Below are positions 27,626 through 41,000 of a DNA stretch of 64,000 nucleotides, one piece after another. The stretch's first letter is position 1. The number at the start of each line of letters is the position of its first letter. The stretch lies in assembly GCA_964247055.1 (NCBI GenBank), contig OZ176053.1, forward strand, positions 4,216,001 through 4,280,000, in the 5' to 3' direction. The DNA comes from Paragordius varius (Eukaryota; Animalia; Nematomorpha). The notes beneath the pieces are model-generated. The model was not told the DNA's origin. It was given only the letters and a program-made list of their open reading frames with translations, and did not search any database. Made by a program: the position numbers and the translations under genes.

Positions 27626-29780
27626 ATGACAACTTTGAAGCAAAATTTATCTCAACTAGTATGTTTTTATAATATTTTAGGATGTCAATAAGCTTACTCC
27701 ATTAACTCCTGAAGTTATATGTCGTCAAGCTACAATTAATATTGGTTATCTTCTCATTTAATGTGTAGGGACTATCGGTCATGTAGCGCATGGAAAATCT
27801 ACAGTTGTCAAAGCTTTATCTGGAGTTCAAGTTTTTAATAATATTTAATTGTACAAGACTGTTCGCTTTAAAAATGAGTTGGAAAGAAATATTACCATTA
27901 AATTAGGATACGCAAATGCAAAAGTATGTTTGATGCTTAACTATTTAGATATTTAAATGTGATAACCCGGCATGTCCAAGACCCTCTAATTATTGTTGCT
28001 TTGGGAGTAATAAGGAAGACGTGTTTCCCTGTACTCGCCCAGGATGTGAAGGAAAGTTTCGTTTGGTGCGACATGTGTCCTTTGTTGATTGTCCTGGTCA
28101 CGATATCCTCATGGCTACCATGTTGAATGGGGCTGCTGTCATGGATGCTGCCTTGCTTCTTATTGGTATTTATAAGAAATATTTAAGTTGACTAAGGCGA
28201 TAGAGTATTTGTTTAATAATAGAAACAAGTGTAGCGTCGACAAGCATGCTTTAAACTTAGAACCAGGAGATTTGCCAGAATATCAAACCACCAATTTTTT
28301 ATTACCATATTACTGACAGGTGTAGAAAATTATATAAGCGCTATTTATTTTAAACACTTATTGTCAAGAGTCACCACCTCATTTGATAAAAATACAAGCT
28401 TTCCAATTTTTTGGTTCATTTGTTAATTAATTGATGTTAATTGGCTACGCGGTCTGCATTTTAGATCTAAAAATTTCGACGAGCCGCATTCGAATATATA
28501 GGCAATGATTATTTTATTAGTTTTTAAACACGAGACTGTAAATAAAGCGACAAAAAAATACTTTTTATTTTAACAATTTTTGCTACTTTATTGTTTGAAA
28601 AGACGTATTTAGAAAAGTTTAAGAAATACAATCCTTAGATTTTGTAAATAGCCCTATTTTGTATTTAGTCTTCCTTATTGGTGGGCTGCAAAAAATTTTA
28701 GAGGGCCGCATATTGGGCACTTTTTAAACTATCTTATTTTCTATTCCATCTAATTTTATTATAAGCTTTAACAATTAAAAATAAACTCTATTTTATAACC
28801 TGATAGCACAAAGTCTTATAACAAATACCATAATACTTTTATATTATTCACATTTTACTTTTTCTCTGGGCTGATATACAATCGTAATGGCGATACATAG
28901 GATTTGCATATATAGTAAATTTATTACCAAATTTAATTTCATCTGTCACGATTAATCTTTAAAAAAATTTAATTATAGAAATTATTTTTTACTTTAATAC
29001 CCTTAGCGGGAAATGAATCGTGTCCTCAACCTCAAACCTCCGAACATCTTGCTGCAATCGAAATAATGCAACTCAAACATATTCTTATCTTACAAAACAA
29101 GATTGATTTAGTCAAAGAAACTCAAGCTAAAGAGCAATACCAACAAATACTAAAATTTATTGATGGTAATACTTTAGAGTTGCCTTTCAAAAAAGAATTA
29201 ATAATGTTTTAAACTAAGTAGTACATTTAAGGTACTTTTGTTCTAGAAATAAAGAAATATTAGCCATAAATTTTAAATATTTTATTAAATGTTTTTTTTA
29301 TTATCATCAATCATTTTTTTACGGACAAAAATATTTGATTTTCAGCATCGTAACATCTACGTCAAAAAGTATGCAGTCAAATTATAATTATATGCCAGAT
29401 TATGAATCTAATTTATATCATGATATGTATTTGTTTGCCAGTTATGCCATTATTTTTACAATTCTGCATTTTTACTTAGAAAATAATTAATGTCCCTAAT
29501 AAGCCTTAGCATGCATTAGTTTTGATTTTTTGGCCATAATAATTTTTAAAGATATTATAAATGTTTTGCGTTAAAAAAAACTAAATAAAAGGGCAATAAA
29601 CAAATAATACCCATTTTTATTTTATTCTATAGGCACGGTAGCCGAAAATAGCCCCATAATACCGATATCTGCACAACTGAAATACAACATTGAGGTAATA
29701 TGCGAATACATTGCCACCAAAATACCCATACCCTTAAGAGATTTTTCTTCAGATCCTAAATTGATCAGTAATTATGTTTA

Positions 29781-29845
<65 letters not shown>

Positions 29846-32800
29846 TGAAATTCGAATCAAATGTAGATTGATTAACAAAGGTAAGTAATAATTGGACTGT
29901 TTAGGATTTCATTGATATAGTATTTTCTATGTAATAATAATATTTAAATTAATATATTATTACTACCGCCATTGCTATTTAAATCAGGAATATGCACAGT
30001 TGACGAGTCAAACAAAGGAGAATTTAATTGCTAAATTAAAAAAAGGTCCTCCAAATTATATATAATCATAAATAATCCAAAATGGATTATATAATTTTTT
30101 TAGCAATTAAGTGTAAATTATTTAGAAACGGAAATTTTTTCATTATTTTAGCAAAATATATTTATCTTTATTTTTATAAATTATTTTAATTGGATCTTAT
30201 TAAAATAAGCGTTTTAGGATTTGACTAATTAAATTTTTTGAACAAATCTAAATCTTATCTATGATGTTTAATTGTTTTTATAAATTAGAATGCATTTATT
30301 GAGTTAAAATTATAATTTCGGCGGATCTAAAACATCTTTTATTGAAGATGCTTGAAAAGGATAATTCTTCAAAACATTTTTGGAATTAAAATATTTAAAT
30401 AATTTAATTTTTGGTTTCTCACATGAATGCCTATTTCGTTGAATTGACCCAATGTTTAACAGCATTTAGTACTTTATTCTTTAAATCCAAAACGAATTTG
30501 AGCGGAAAAAATAGGTTTACTGTTTTTCAACAAATTTTTACAGATTCATCCATTAAAGAATCCAGTTTTCATTTTACTCCATCAATTGTCTTAAACTTCT
30601 ATCATCCTATATATATATTTATGTATATAGATTTTTCACAACTACAAAAAATGCTTTACTTTATATAGCATTTTAGAAACATTAGCAAATATTTTTTTAC
30701 ATTGAAAATCCACACTAATATCAATATATTAAATATGTTTAGTCATTCGTTCATTCGATGTTAACAAACCCGGGGCCGAAGTTGATGAGCTTAAGGGAGG
30801 CGTCGCAGGTGGAAGTATATTAAAAGGAGTTTTAAGGGTAAAATATTTTATACATTTTTTAATGGAGTTTTTCGGTTTTTAATTAAATCGGTTTAAACTT
30901 TACCTAAAATTAGTCGTTTAAAAGGAGAAAGCAAATAAAATCATTAATATTTATTTACATATTTTATATAGGTTGGTCAAGAAATAGAAATCCGACCTGG
31001 AATTGTTTCAAAAGATTCAGAGGGACGTGTAACATGTAAACCTATTCATTCACGCATCGTATCTCTTTTTGCTGAAAAGAATGATTTGCAATATGCAGTA
31101 CCTGGTGGTCTTATAGGTTAGAAACTCATTTACCATACATGTTATTACTTGTTTGATTTTATAATTAAATATTTAATATAATAATTTAAAAATAGACGTA
31201 ATTTTTGCTTACATAACGTAATCTATATTACTTCATGATAAAAAATAATAATTATCTGTCACTTATATTTACGTTTTAATTATATATATAAGACATAAAT
31301 TTTCTAAATTTCAATAAAATTTAGTTGATTCATATTCAACAATTATGCAAATATTGTTTTGAGAATTCCAATTATTGTGATTTTATCTTCAGGTATTGGT
31401 ACAATGATAGATCCCACGTTATGTAGAGCAGATAGAATGGTCGGTCAAGTTTTAGGGACTGTGGGTGCCCTACCAAACATTTATACAGAACTTGAAATTT
31501 CATGCTTTTTACTCAAACGACTTTTGGGTGTTCGCACAGAAGGAGACAAAAAAGCTGCAAAAGTTTGTTTCTTTCTATTTAATTATATAATAGCTAATCG
31601 TTAAAAATAAAATTTTAAATTTTGCATAAACGTTTAACTAGAGAGGTGCAGCTGCAATTATATATAGATGAGAAATTTCGAAGTTCGTTTCTCTCTTTAG
31701 TCTGTGGAATAAATTTGGATTGATCTGTAAATTTGTATGAGATTATTACATCTCTAAAATAATATACATATCTTTTTACTGGCATATTTTCCGAAGCCAC
31801 GATCATCTCTCAAAATTTGTTAAATAATTGAAATGGCTGTTTGAGATATCTGCAAATTTAAAAGTTCGATTTGAATTATGATTTATGTTTGACATGTGTA
31901 ATCATTACTTTTTTTATTTTTTTATGTATCATAAAACTTAACTGTAAACATATTGTACTATTTTATTAACCCTTAATTATCCAATATGACACACACACTC
32001 TTTCTAATGTATTGTTTGGTTATAATATAACAATATAGCCAAATTTATTTAGCCAGTGTTAATGATATTATAATAATTTTGGAATGTTCTTTATATCATA
32101 ACAGGTACTACAAATTTAATGGCATTAAAATACTGTTTTTTTATTGAGAATTTAAATATTGTATACATCAAGACTTAATCTATTGCATTCTGCAAGTATC
32201 TATTAATTAAACCGCGTACCTAAAAAAATCGAATAATATGCTATTTTGTAACGTGTTTGTTAACAAATTTTTAGCTAATAAAGGATAGGAAAGAAAAAAA
32301 TAAACTTTTAAATCAAACACATTTCAGATTTATTTTTATAAGGATTGTAACATGGTTGAACCAAATTGCTTTTACAGTCAGGCAATGTATTAGCCAAAAT
32401 ATTATTAGCATATTAATTATGCTCCAAATAAAGATTTAAAATATCCTTTTCGCCATTAAATATTATGCCAGGGTCATTTAGGCATTATATATTTTGTCAA
32501 ATAAGTAAATTAATAAGTGTTAAGGGTCACCGATTTATAATGACGATTTCTCTGGGATTGTAAATAATATACAAGTTGTTAATATAGGTTTAACAATTTT
32601 TTTAGCTTTTATTATATGATTTAAAAGCTAGAATTTAAATAATTACAAATCTAATCTTTCTAGGGAAAATGTTGTTGTAAAATGCCTCGAAAATTATGGC
32701 CCGCGTTTATTAAAATTTAAATGTACAAAAATTTTACCCTCGATGCAGATTAAAATCGCTTTTTGTTGGTTTCAAAGCTGTTTGCTACATATGAGAACAA

Positions 32801-33777
32801 ATTTTCGCATTTTTTTGACTACTTTATTGTAGGAATTTGCATCCTAAATATATACTTAAATCCAAAATTTATTGCACAGTGTTATTACTTTTTAAAAATA
32901 TTTTCATGATCGATTACATTTTTGTATATTTTTAAGGCATTTTATAAAATTAAAAATGCAAAGTGTTTTGCACTAATTATATTTTTTAGGTGCAAAAACT
33001 TACCAAAAATGAAATTTTGATGGTTAACATTGGATCCCTTTCTACTGGTGGTCGAGTCATTGGGTTAAAGGGTACAGATTTGGCTCGAATTCAATTGACA
33101 CATCCTGTTTGTACGGAAGTTGGTGAAAAAATTGCACTAAGTCGCCGGATAGATAAGCATTGGCGGTATAATTTTACAAAAAATATTTAATTGATAAGAA
33201 AGATGTTTTTATAAGTAAATGCATGATCTACAATTAGTTTTTTATGTCTTTATATAAAGTTTGATTTTACTTTTTATGTCATTTTTTCAAGACTATTTTA
33301 AAATATCGATAGATAATAGATTTATGATAATGTTTGGTAAAATATGTTATATATTTATTTTAATAATATGGTTAGGCGTGTATGTCAGTTAATTTATATA
33401 TGGTTTAACTATTGTATCCCTAAATTATTTACACAGCTTTTTTCTTTATAGATAGATATATAATTTTAATTTTTTTTTCTTTTATTTAAACAGAGATGTC
33501 TTTACTTTTTTTAAATTTCGTTCATTAATATTTAGGGAATAAAAATTTAATCATGGTTGGGGAATGTTGCTATAATTATACTATTGAAATATAATGGTTA
33601 CTTTTAAACTTTTATGCTTAAGTCTAAGGACATTTCACATATTTTCGCATCACTAGATAAATAATTATATTTCCATATTTCTATCATTTATTATATTTGC
33701 TTTTTATGTCATATAGCTTAATTGGGTGGGCAGAAATACGAAAAGGATTAGTTATACAGCCTCTCCCACCAGATTGA
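27626..33777 (+). CDS. EIF2S3: Translation initiation factor 2 gamma subunit, 460 aa. Exons: 27626-27658, 27681-27744, 27769-27830, 27858-27923, 27949-28165, 29007-29165, 29633-29767, 30743-30837, 30972-31116, 31393-31562, 32990-33165, 33717-33777
   Basis: Spliced product has [86 protein letters not shown] and [16 protein letters not shown]. Eleven GT-AG introns, all frame-consistent. Confidence 0.98.
28190..28720 (+). mobile_element. Decayed hAT fragment/MITE in eIF2-gamma intron 5
   Basis: GAGCCGCATT and GGGCTGCA...GAGGGCCGCATATTGGGCAC resemble the right end of the hAT MITE at 34480-34524. No TSD found. Confidence 0.4.
29788..29845. repeat. Interrupted (TA)n microsatellite in eIF2-gamma intron 7
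   Basis: Two TA runs separated by an extra A. Confidence 0.9.
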
Positions 33778-34316
33778 TTGCTTTTTTGACAAATGACGAC
33801 ATTTTCATTTTGGGGTTACCAATTATCATAATAATTTATAGTTGGAAATATGTTTTGAAACAAATTCTCTCTCTATCTCTTCCCTTTTAAACAACACATA
33901 TCAATAATAAATTATATATTTTGTATGCTTTTCATATTTTTGGTGTTACTTGGGTTAAGTTTTTTAGTTTAGGATTATTATATATAATGTTTTCTACTTT
34001 TTTCAAAGCACGATGCGGCAGAAAATGGTTAATTTTGAATTAATATCGTTAATTATTAAGCTAATGTGAGATTTTTCGAAAATTTATATGGTAAATTTTT
34101 TGTGTTATGGTAAAAGGATATATGACGCTAAATTACGTGTAAACTTTTAACAATTTTAATTCAAATTTTACCCGATAAACCTTTTTTTCCATCCATCGTT
34201 TTCAGTATTTATAAAAATAGCGTTTTTTCATTAAAATAGGCACAGTAATTTTGAAATTTCGGTGATATTATATTTATAGTTAATCTTGCACAAATAAGTT
34301 ACAAAATCCTTTAAAT

Positions 34317-34524
34317 CAGGGGTGTTCAACTCAAACAAAAATATATGAGCAATAACAACTATTTTATTAATTTTAATCATAACACTGTAAAAACTGCTAT
34401 TATTTTAATATTTTTTGCTAGTTTATTGTTAAAATTCGGAAAAGGTTTGCGTAAAATTTGCTGTATTTAAGATTTCTTGCGGGCTGCGAAAATATTTAGG
34501 AGGGCCGCCTGTTGGACACCCCTG
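34317..34524. mobile_element. 208-bp hAT-derived MITE
   Basis: TIRs CAGGGGTGTTCAAC / GTTGGACACCCCTG with perfect 8-bp TSD CTTTAAAT (34309-34316 and 34525-34532). Confidence 0.92.
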
Positions 34525-34846
34525 CTTTAAATGGATGCAAAATGGGCTTACAAAAAATGCTTGCATAAAAAGGATTTTGACTGCACAATATGATCATACG
34601 TCTCGAAAACGGATCAGAAATATTATTACTAATAGGTTTGTTTTTCAGGCTCGTAATAATGATTTATTTCTACTTAACTCAATCTAGTCAAAAATACTAA
34701 TTAATTTATGTTAGAAAAATAAATCATTTAGTTTTACAAGAAAATATCTCTCATATATAGTTAAGATGATAGATATGTTTGCAAAAGTTGATTAATAAAA
34801 AATTATATTTACATTTCTTTCTTATGGAGAATAACATTTTTAATTA

Positions 34847-35040
34847 ATGCTGAGTAGCAGTGCTTGTATTTATACGGATGGATATTTTGGTATGATTTAC
34901 TTAACTATATATATCCATATACTAATCTTCCAATCAACTTACGGTTATATTATAGTTTTATATAATGACATGTGGATTAGGATGAGATTAACAGAAAAAT
35001 ATCTTGACAAATTATGCATAATAATTATCTATAAGTGAAG
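34847..35040 (+). pseudogene. Possible decayed hAT transposase C-terminal (dimerisation domain) fragment
   Basis: ILIFQSTY...IRMRLTEKYLDKLCII resembles the SPIN/GTF2IRD2 motif MFGSTY...RSRLTDEHL. Similarity is weak. Confidence 0.35.
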
Positions 35041-36121
35041 AACAACATACAGAAATTGACCAAAACATATTTACTATTTTTTTTGTTGGGAAGCAAGCGT
35101 ATATAATTGGATTTAATAAGTCATTTATAGAAACCATCCTCACCAAATTATTAATATCCAGTTTTTGTCATTTTTCTCCTTATGTTCAAAATTGAATGAA
35201 AAACAATGTGTTTGTTAGTGCTGGTGTGAGCCTTATGTCATCGCAAAAATCTAAATTAATACAACAATAATCACTTTTCCATTTTATTTTTGGCTAATTT
35301 GCTGTGTGCTGCACTATGAATTTGATAGATTAAAAATTATATGGTGTAAGGCGCGTAATATATTTATAAATATCATCACACTATTTTTTATATTTTGTTA
35401 AATAATGCCTTTTTGCGTCCATTATCATCGTTTTGTATGGAAAAAATCTAAAGTAGGGTCCTTTTTTACAAGCAATGTGTTGATTTTTAATTTGTTTATA
35501 AAATCACATATAATTAAAGTTTTATAATTATTCTTTCATAAATTTACAATCAAACGAAAAATATATTTGTAAAAAAGTATATTTGTATCGAAAAGGTGGA
35601 TATTTGATATCTAAAGATAAAAATATTGTTGGAATGGTCATTTAGCCGAAAGATTTTCGCAAATTTTAAATTCCCCAGCAAAAAAAACATATTACTATTT
35701 AAAAATTAACCACTTGTAAATTAGTTTGACGAAATATCTGGATCAGCAGTCGGAGGCCGCATGAAGTTTCTGCGTGATTTCTACGGTCTGTATAATATAG
35801 CCCATAAAAATTGATCATAAATTCGTAATAAAGTGACACAATATAGATTAAATATTTAAATGTATATCATAAGTAAATAATATAATTTTATAAGTAATAA
35901 CAGCGGTAACTATTGCGGTTTGCACGCATTCCGCTCACAAGATTTATTATGCTTGTACATACTCCTTCATATATTATCTAATTTTATCATCTTCTCGTTT
36001 TATTCGTAATTCATTATTTTCGTATAGAGGCCATATTTTCAATTTTCTTTTTTTAGTCGCTTTAAGCCACGGGATACTAACCTATAATTATAAACTTTAA
36101 GGTAATGATCAAATACAAACA

Positions 36122-37223
36122 CCAGGTATCATAAGTTTTTACCGGTTTTCTAGTAAAAAATATGTAACTTGAAAGCAATTATTTATTTTATTCAAATATT
36201 GTACATCGGCTTCTAACGTTTCGCCCATCTCTCAGGTAACATATGAATGCCATGACAGAAAAACTGATTGACTTTCGCATAAAACTAATCGCCAAGCTAT
36301 TTAACGTATTTGCAATTATAGAATGCTGCTCTGTGAAAATGTGCCACATTGATACGCAATTGTATTAGTCTGATAGCTCCAGGTCAGGTGAGTTTAGCGG
36401 TTACGAAAAAATTTTCTATCAAAGGCATTAAGGTGTCTTTCACTGGTTTCGCTGGGTGTGACGGAGCATTGTCATGTAACAAAATGACTTTGCCATGTCT
36501 TCTGGCCACCTAAAGATACCATTTGTTAGCGATAGCATTGTGTATTAATGGTTTTACCGGGTTTCAAAAGTTTATAATATACAATACGCTCTGGCCCTAC
36601 CAGAAACAGAGCACGGTCTTCTTGCAGAAGCGCTTTGGCCTGATGTTAATGAGCCGGCTTGACAACGAGAAAGTTAAGATCTTCTCGCTTTTTCAAAATA
36701 AAAGCCATTTCTCATCACCCGTTCTAGTCGTTGCAAAAAATATTTCTTTTCATGACGTGAAGCAGGATGCAAGTCACTTTACGATTTTTGATTTATCATT
36801 CAAATTGTGTGTGTTCAATGTACCAAGGCTATTGGTCCCATTGCTTGTAGAATTGATTGTTTTTTTGTGAGACATGTAATGCCTTCGCCATTCGTTGTTA
36901 AATTTGGATCAGCATCCAATAACTCTTGCACTTTAGTGTCTTCGCAGCTGGGTGGTCTGCCGCCCTTACTCTTTACATGATCACTTTTAATATTTCAAAA
37001 CTATGTTTTAAATAATAGATTATGTTCACCATATGTTTCTGCCAGCAGATGATAACTTTTAACAGCTTTTTTTCTTCCTATGGCATTAGTGCCGCAAATG
37101 TTCTTTTCAGGCAAATATTCGCAATTTATGAATGATAAAGACAAGACTCTAGATTTTGGTTAATCGTCTGCGTAATTTTTAATAACGTCTGCTGTTAATT
37201 AAACCGGCTTATGCCACACCTGA
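36122..37223 (-). mobile_element. Decayed mariner (Mos1-like) transposon
   Basis: Minus-strand fragments KGGRPPSCEDTKVQELLDADP and DNAPSHPAKPVKDTL. Terminal sequences CCAGGTATCATAAG and CACACCTGA|TA. Its 3' end matches 55485-55545. Confidence 0.75.
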
Positions 37224-37435
37224 TAGTGCCGTTTGTTAAACGTTTTTCAGTATTTGTACTTAGGCTTAGGTACGGCAGGATTTGAGATTTTAGGCCATTC
37301 GAACTAAGCGAATATCTAACCAATGGCGCGCACACCAGTTAGTAGGAAATAAATAATTTGCAGAATATTTTTTAAAAGGTAACTTGCTATTTAATTATAT
37401 AGACCTCATGTCATTAAATAATATATATTTATTAA

Positions 37436-38036
37436 TCTTCTATATATTTATAAAAATGGAAAATGCTGGCTGATCTGTTTCCGGAAAACCGGTACACTCA
37501 TTCAAATCCAAATGTCGAAAAAATATAATTATTAATGAATGCCCTCAATAGCTTCGCCCTTTTTTGAAACAGGCCCCCAGTTCGGGCCCAACTCGTGTAA
37601 AAAACGGTTTTTTTTGAAAACATAAGTCCACAAAAATCGTGTCCTTGAGACAATTTTCCGGAGAACGTGTTAGACCATTCAATTTCAAATATGATTTTTG
37701 TTTACTTATTTTCGATTGCGCCGAACATAGTCGTCTCGCTTTTTTTATTTAGGCCCTCTCTTTACCCGCTTCCCCCGTAAAATGCCATTTTTTTCAAAAA
37801 AAACAAAGTCCACAAAAATAATTTTTTGAATCTATTTTTCGCCCAAGTAAACAATATATTAGTATGAATGCACCGTTTCAAAATTCCTATGAGATCATAG
37901 CTATTAATGTTTCGAAATGATCCACATATGTGGATCTTTTTATCGTCCCTTTTTTCAAATAGCCCCCTCCCCCCCCCCCCCCCCAGAAGTCCGATGGACT
38001 TCCTCGGGCTGCGTAGCAGCACGAGATTTACGCTAG
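37436..38036 (+). mobile_element. Complete non-autonomous Helitron, family B (601 bp)
   Basis: Inserted between A and T. 5' TC (TCTTCTATATATTTATAAAAATGG), 3' CTAG preceded by hairpin CTCGGGCTGC-GTA-GCAGCACGAG (38003-38025), no TSD. These are the classic Helitron hallmarks. Confidence 0.88.
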
Positions 38037-41000
38037 TAATATTTTAATTTTCAAGATTATGCTACATATGATATTTCTTCAAAGTTTATAACATTTTTGC
38101 TCTTACTTTCCTCGCAGATGTTTTATTGAGACATTCATGGTTATATTATTATTTTCTGCCCTTGTTTATACCTGCCTCTTGTCATTATGATTGATAATTA
38201 CAAAACATAAACTTCATTTTTAATATGGATCAACGAAAAAGTTATTAAAAAAATACAATGTTGAATCATCGACCGGCACCTTTTAAACTGTTATAAAAAA
38301 TATTAATTTTGCCTTAAAGACCCTGTTTGCCTCCATGCATCATTCACCAATTTTGGATGTCGCACATCAGCAAGTGCATACGTTACCCCTTTATTAAATA
38401 GTATTCGGCTGTATCTTAAACTGGAATGGAAACTCAGATTAATTATTGATCAAAAACGGGTTTTATACCCTCAGCCCAAAAAATGTTAGAGACGATAACC
38501 GGCATTCTGTTTGGGTCTCCATCGCCTTTTAAATTTTCATCGTCCCTTAACAAGTACATAATTGTATATCTAAAATCGGGTTTTGTTTGCCCTGAATTTT
38601 AATGGCACTGAGGTAAAATCGGTTTTCGGTATATCTGAAAAAATGGTGTATTAAGAATTTTATTATTAGTGTTTGGCGATAATTTTTGTTGAACTCAAAA
38701 TTTTTAAAGTCAAAAGTTTTAGATATGAGCAAAAGATAAAATCTCTCAAATGATAGTTAGTCATTAAATTCGACCTGAGGTAAAAGTCATTCGGCTTTAT
38801 ATAAAAATTTTCAACCTATAAATTAATTAAAATTTTTCATAGAAGAACTAACATAATTATTGGGGTTACATTATTAAATAAATTTAAAAAATCTTTTAAA
38901 GAGCTTTTGGTTTGCTTTTTTGATGAAAATTATTATTATTTAACTTTACTTAGTGGTGCAATTGTATATTTATTACATAATGGTTATTAAAGATCAAGAA
39001 TGCCTAAACTATATTTCTAGTCTTAGGAACTTTAGTATCATAAACCTCTAAACTATAATTAATATTGATGAGATGGTAATTTAAAAGAAACAAAAAATTA
39101 AAAATGGCTCTTTTGAATGGTATAAAAGCAATAAATAATTGTTTTTTATCAAAAAAAAAATTTTATATTATCTTTTTAGGACATTCATTGCCAACGAAAT
39201 TTCAGCTATTTTCATCCATTAGTTTTCTTATTAATTGACAAAAACTCTCTAGCTTCGCTGGTTTGTCGCTTCGTATCTCCAATGATAATCAACTATGTAA
39301 AACATATTAGTATGCATTTTATAGAGTTTTTGTTTTTGGGATATATTGAAAATGGACATTTGTTGTATGATTTTAAAGAAAAATTTTCCAAAAAAATTTG
39401 ATAAAGGGGCGCATGATATATATAAGAAAATTATAAAAAATCATTAGGTAGAATTAAAATTTTCAATTCAGATATACTGTTAAAAAGATAGTAAATATCA
39501 GAAAAAGTGACACTCGAGTGGCGATTCTAAATCACTTAAATGTAAAAGCGTTAAAAACAATAAATTTAGGGGTTTTTAAGCTTTTTATATTTATAAAGGG
39601 GTCTTATTGTGGAAAATAAGGTATGTAATTGACCGAATCAGATTTATTTTCAAAGGGTGGGTCTATTTACATAAAAATCTTAGCCGTTTTACTTTTTTTA
39701 CAAAATATTCATTTGCAATTACATTTCCTTACTTTTATTTATATATAAATTTAACTCTTTTAAATAATGTGTTTTCTAGATGTGAATCCATACGAATCCA
39801 AAATTTTACACTATAGAATTCAAATTATGGTTATACAAATATTACCAAAATATCACCAAAAAGTTTGATATTACTATGAATATAGGTCTCTTCTTCACAC
39901 AAACAAAACCTACCTTGATAATTATATGAATATCTATATTTTAATTTTCATCAATTAATCAAATTTGGTTTTTACGAAAATGTTTTCATATTTTATGTTT
40001 TATTCACAAATCTCTATATTACAATTGGATTTTTTTTTATATTAACAAAAATGTCAATTTTTGTATCATAGAATTATCTAATAGAAGGACCATAAATCAT
40101 TTAAATGCAATTTGTCCCGTAAAATATATTTTTGATTAAATTAATTTTTTAATTAATTTTCACAACACAATTAGTTTGTATAAAAGAAAAAATTATCGAT
40201 TATTTTTACCAAGCTGCCCTGTATATTACGCCAATCATTTATATTAATTGACATATTTTTTGTTTTTCATTAATATTACAATGAAATTGAAATCATAGAG
40301 GAAAAGCAAAAAAATTTATTTCTGAGTAGTTTAAAATTAGTTTTATACTATTATTTTATCAGATTCAAAAAGTTAATTTTACTGAATAAAACGTTGTTTT
40401 ACGATAGTATGCGCTTTTGTCAAATGGCTATATTTCCAACAATTTACTTTATTAAATTGTTAAAATATATTTGGAGATTTATTAAATTGTTAAAATATAT
40501 TTCGAGATTTGATTTTTGACAGTTGCACAAATTCAATGGTCATGATTTCTTAATTTCTTTACCAACAACTTTAACATAAATTACTACTTGGTTATGCGGT
40601 TATATTTTTTGAACTAAACCATAAGTTTTTTTGGTTCTCTATTTAATTTGTATATAGAGTAGAAAGTTTTCCCATATGCCAATTGAAAATCATAAAATAA
40701 TATATTATTTAAATTTTTTAAAGAAATTGAAGTTATAGTTTCAACGATTTATTTATGGTCATATATAAACCGATTTTAACATTATTTATTGAACACTCTT
40801 TGACAAACACATATTATTCTGTTTTACACTACAAAGATAAATGCGAAGACATTAAAAATGATGGCCTTATTTCACCATAATATGTTTTTGTCCTAAATTA
40901 TCATTATATTGAAATTAGGTTTTGATGAAAAAAAATATATATTCATAAATTACAAAAGATAAAACAATATATTAGATAAATTTAATCATTCAAACACAAA

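Noticed and set aside
31970-32530. piggyBac-like MITE (TTAACCCTTAA ... TTAAGGGTCA) in eIF2-gamma intron 10
   Set aside because: The match is short and AT-rich and the right TTAA is not intact; insufficient support.
36523-36870. 115-aa plus-strand ORF
   Set aside because: Antisense to the decayed mariner transposase.
38100-38400. Possible transposase remnant with slightly higher GC
   Set aside because: No convincing motif or termini could be read.
40448-40510. 30-bp tandem duplications (here and at 62461-62520)
   Set aside because: Simple local slippage duplications with no further structure.
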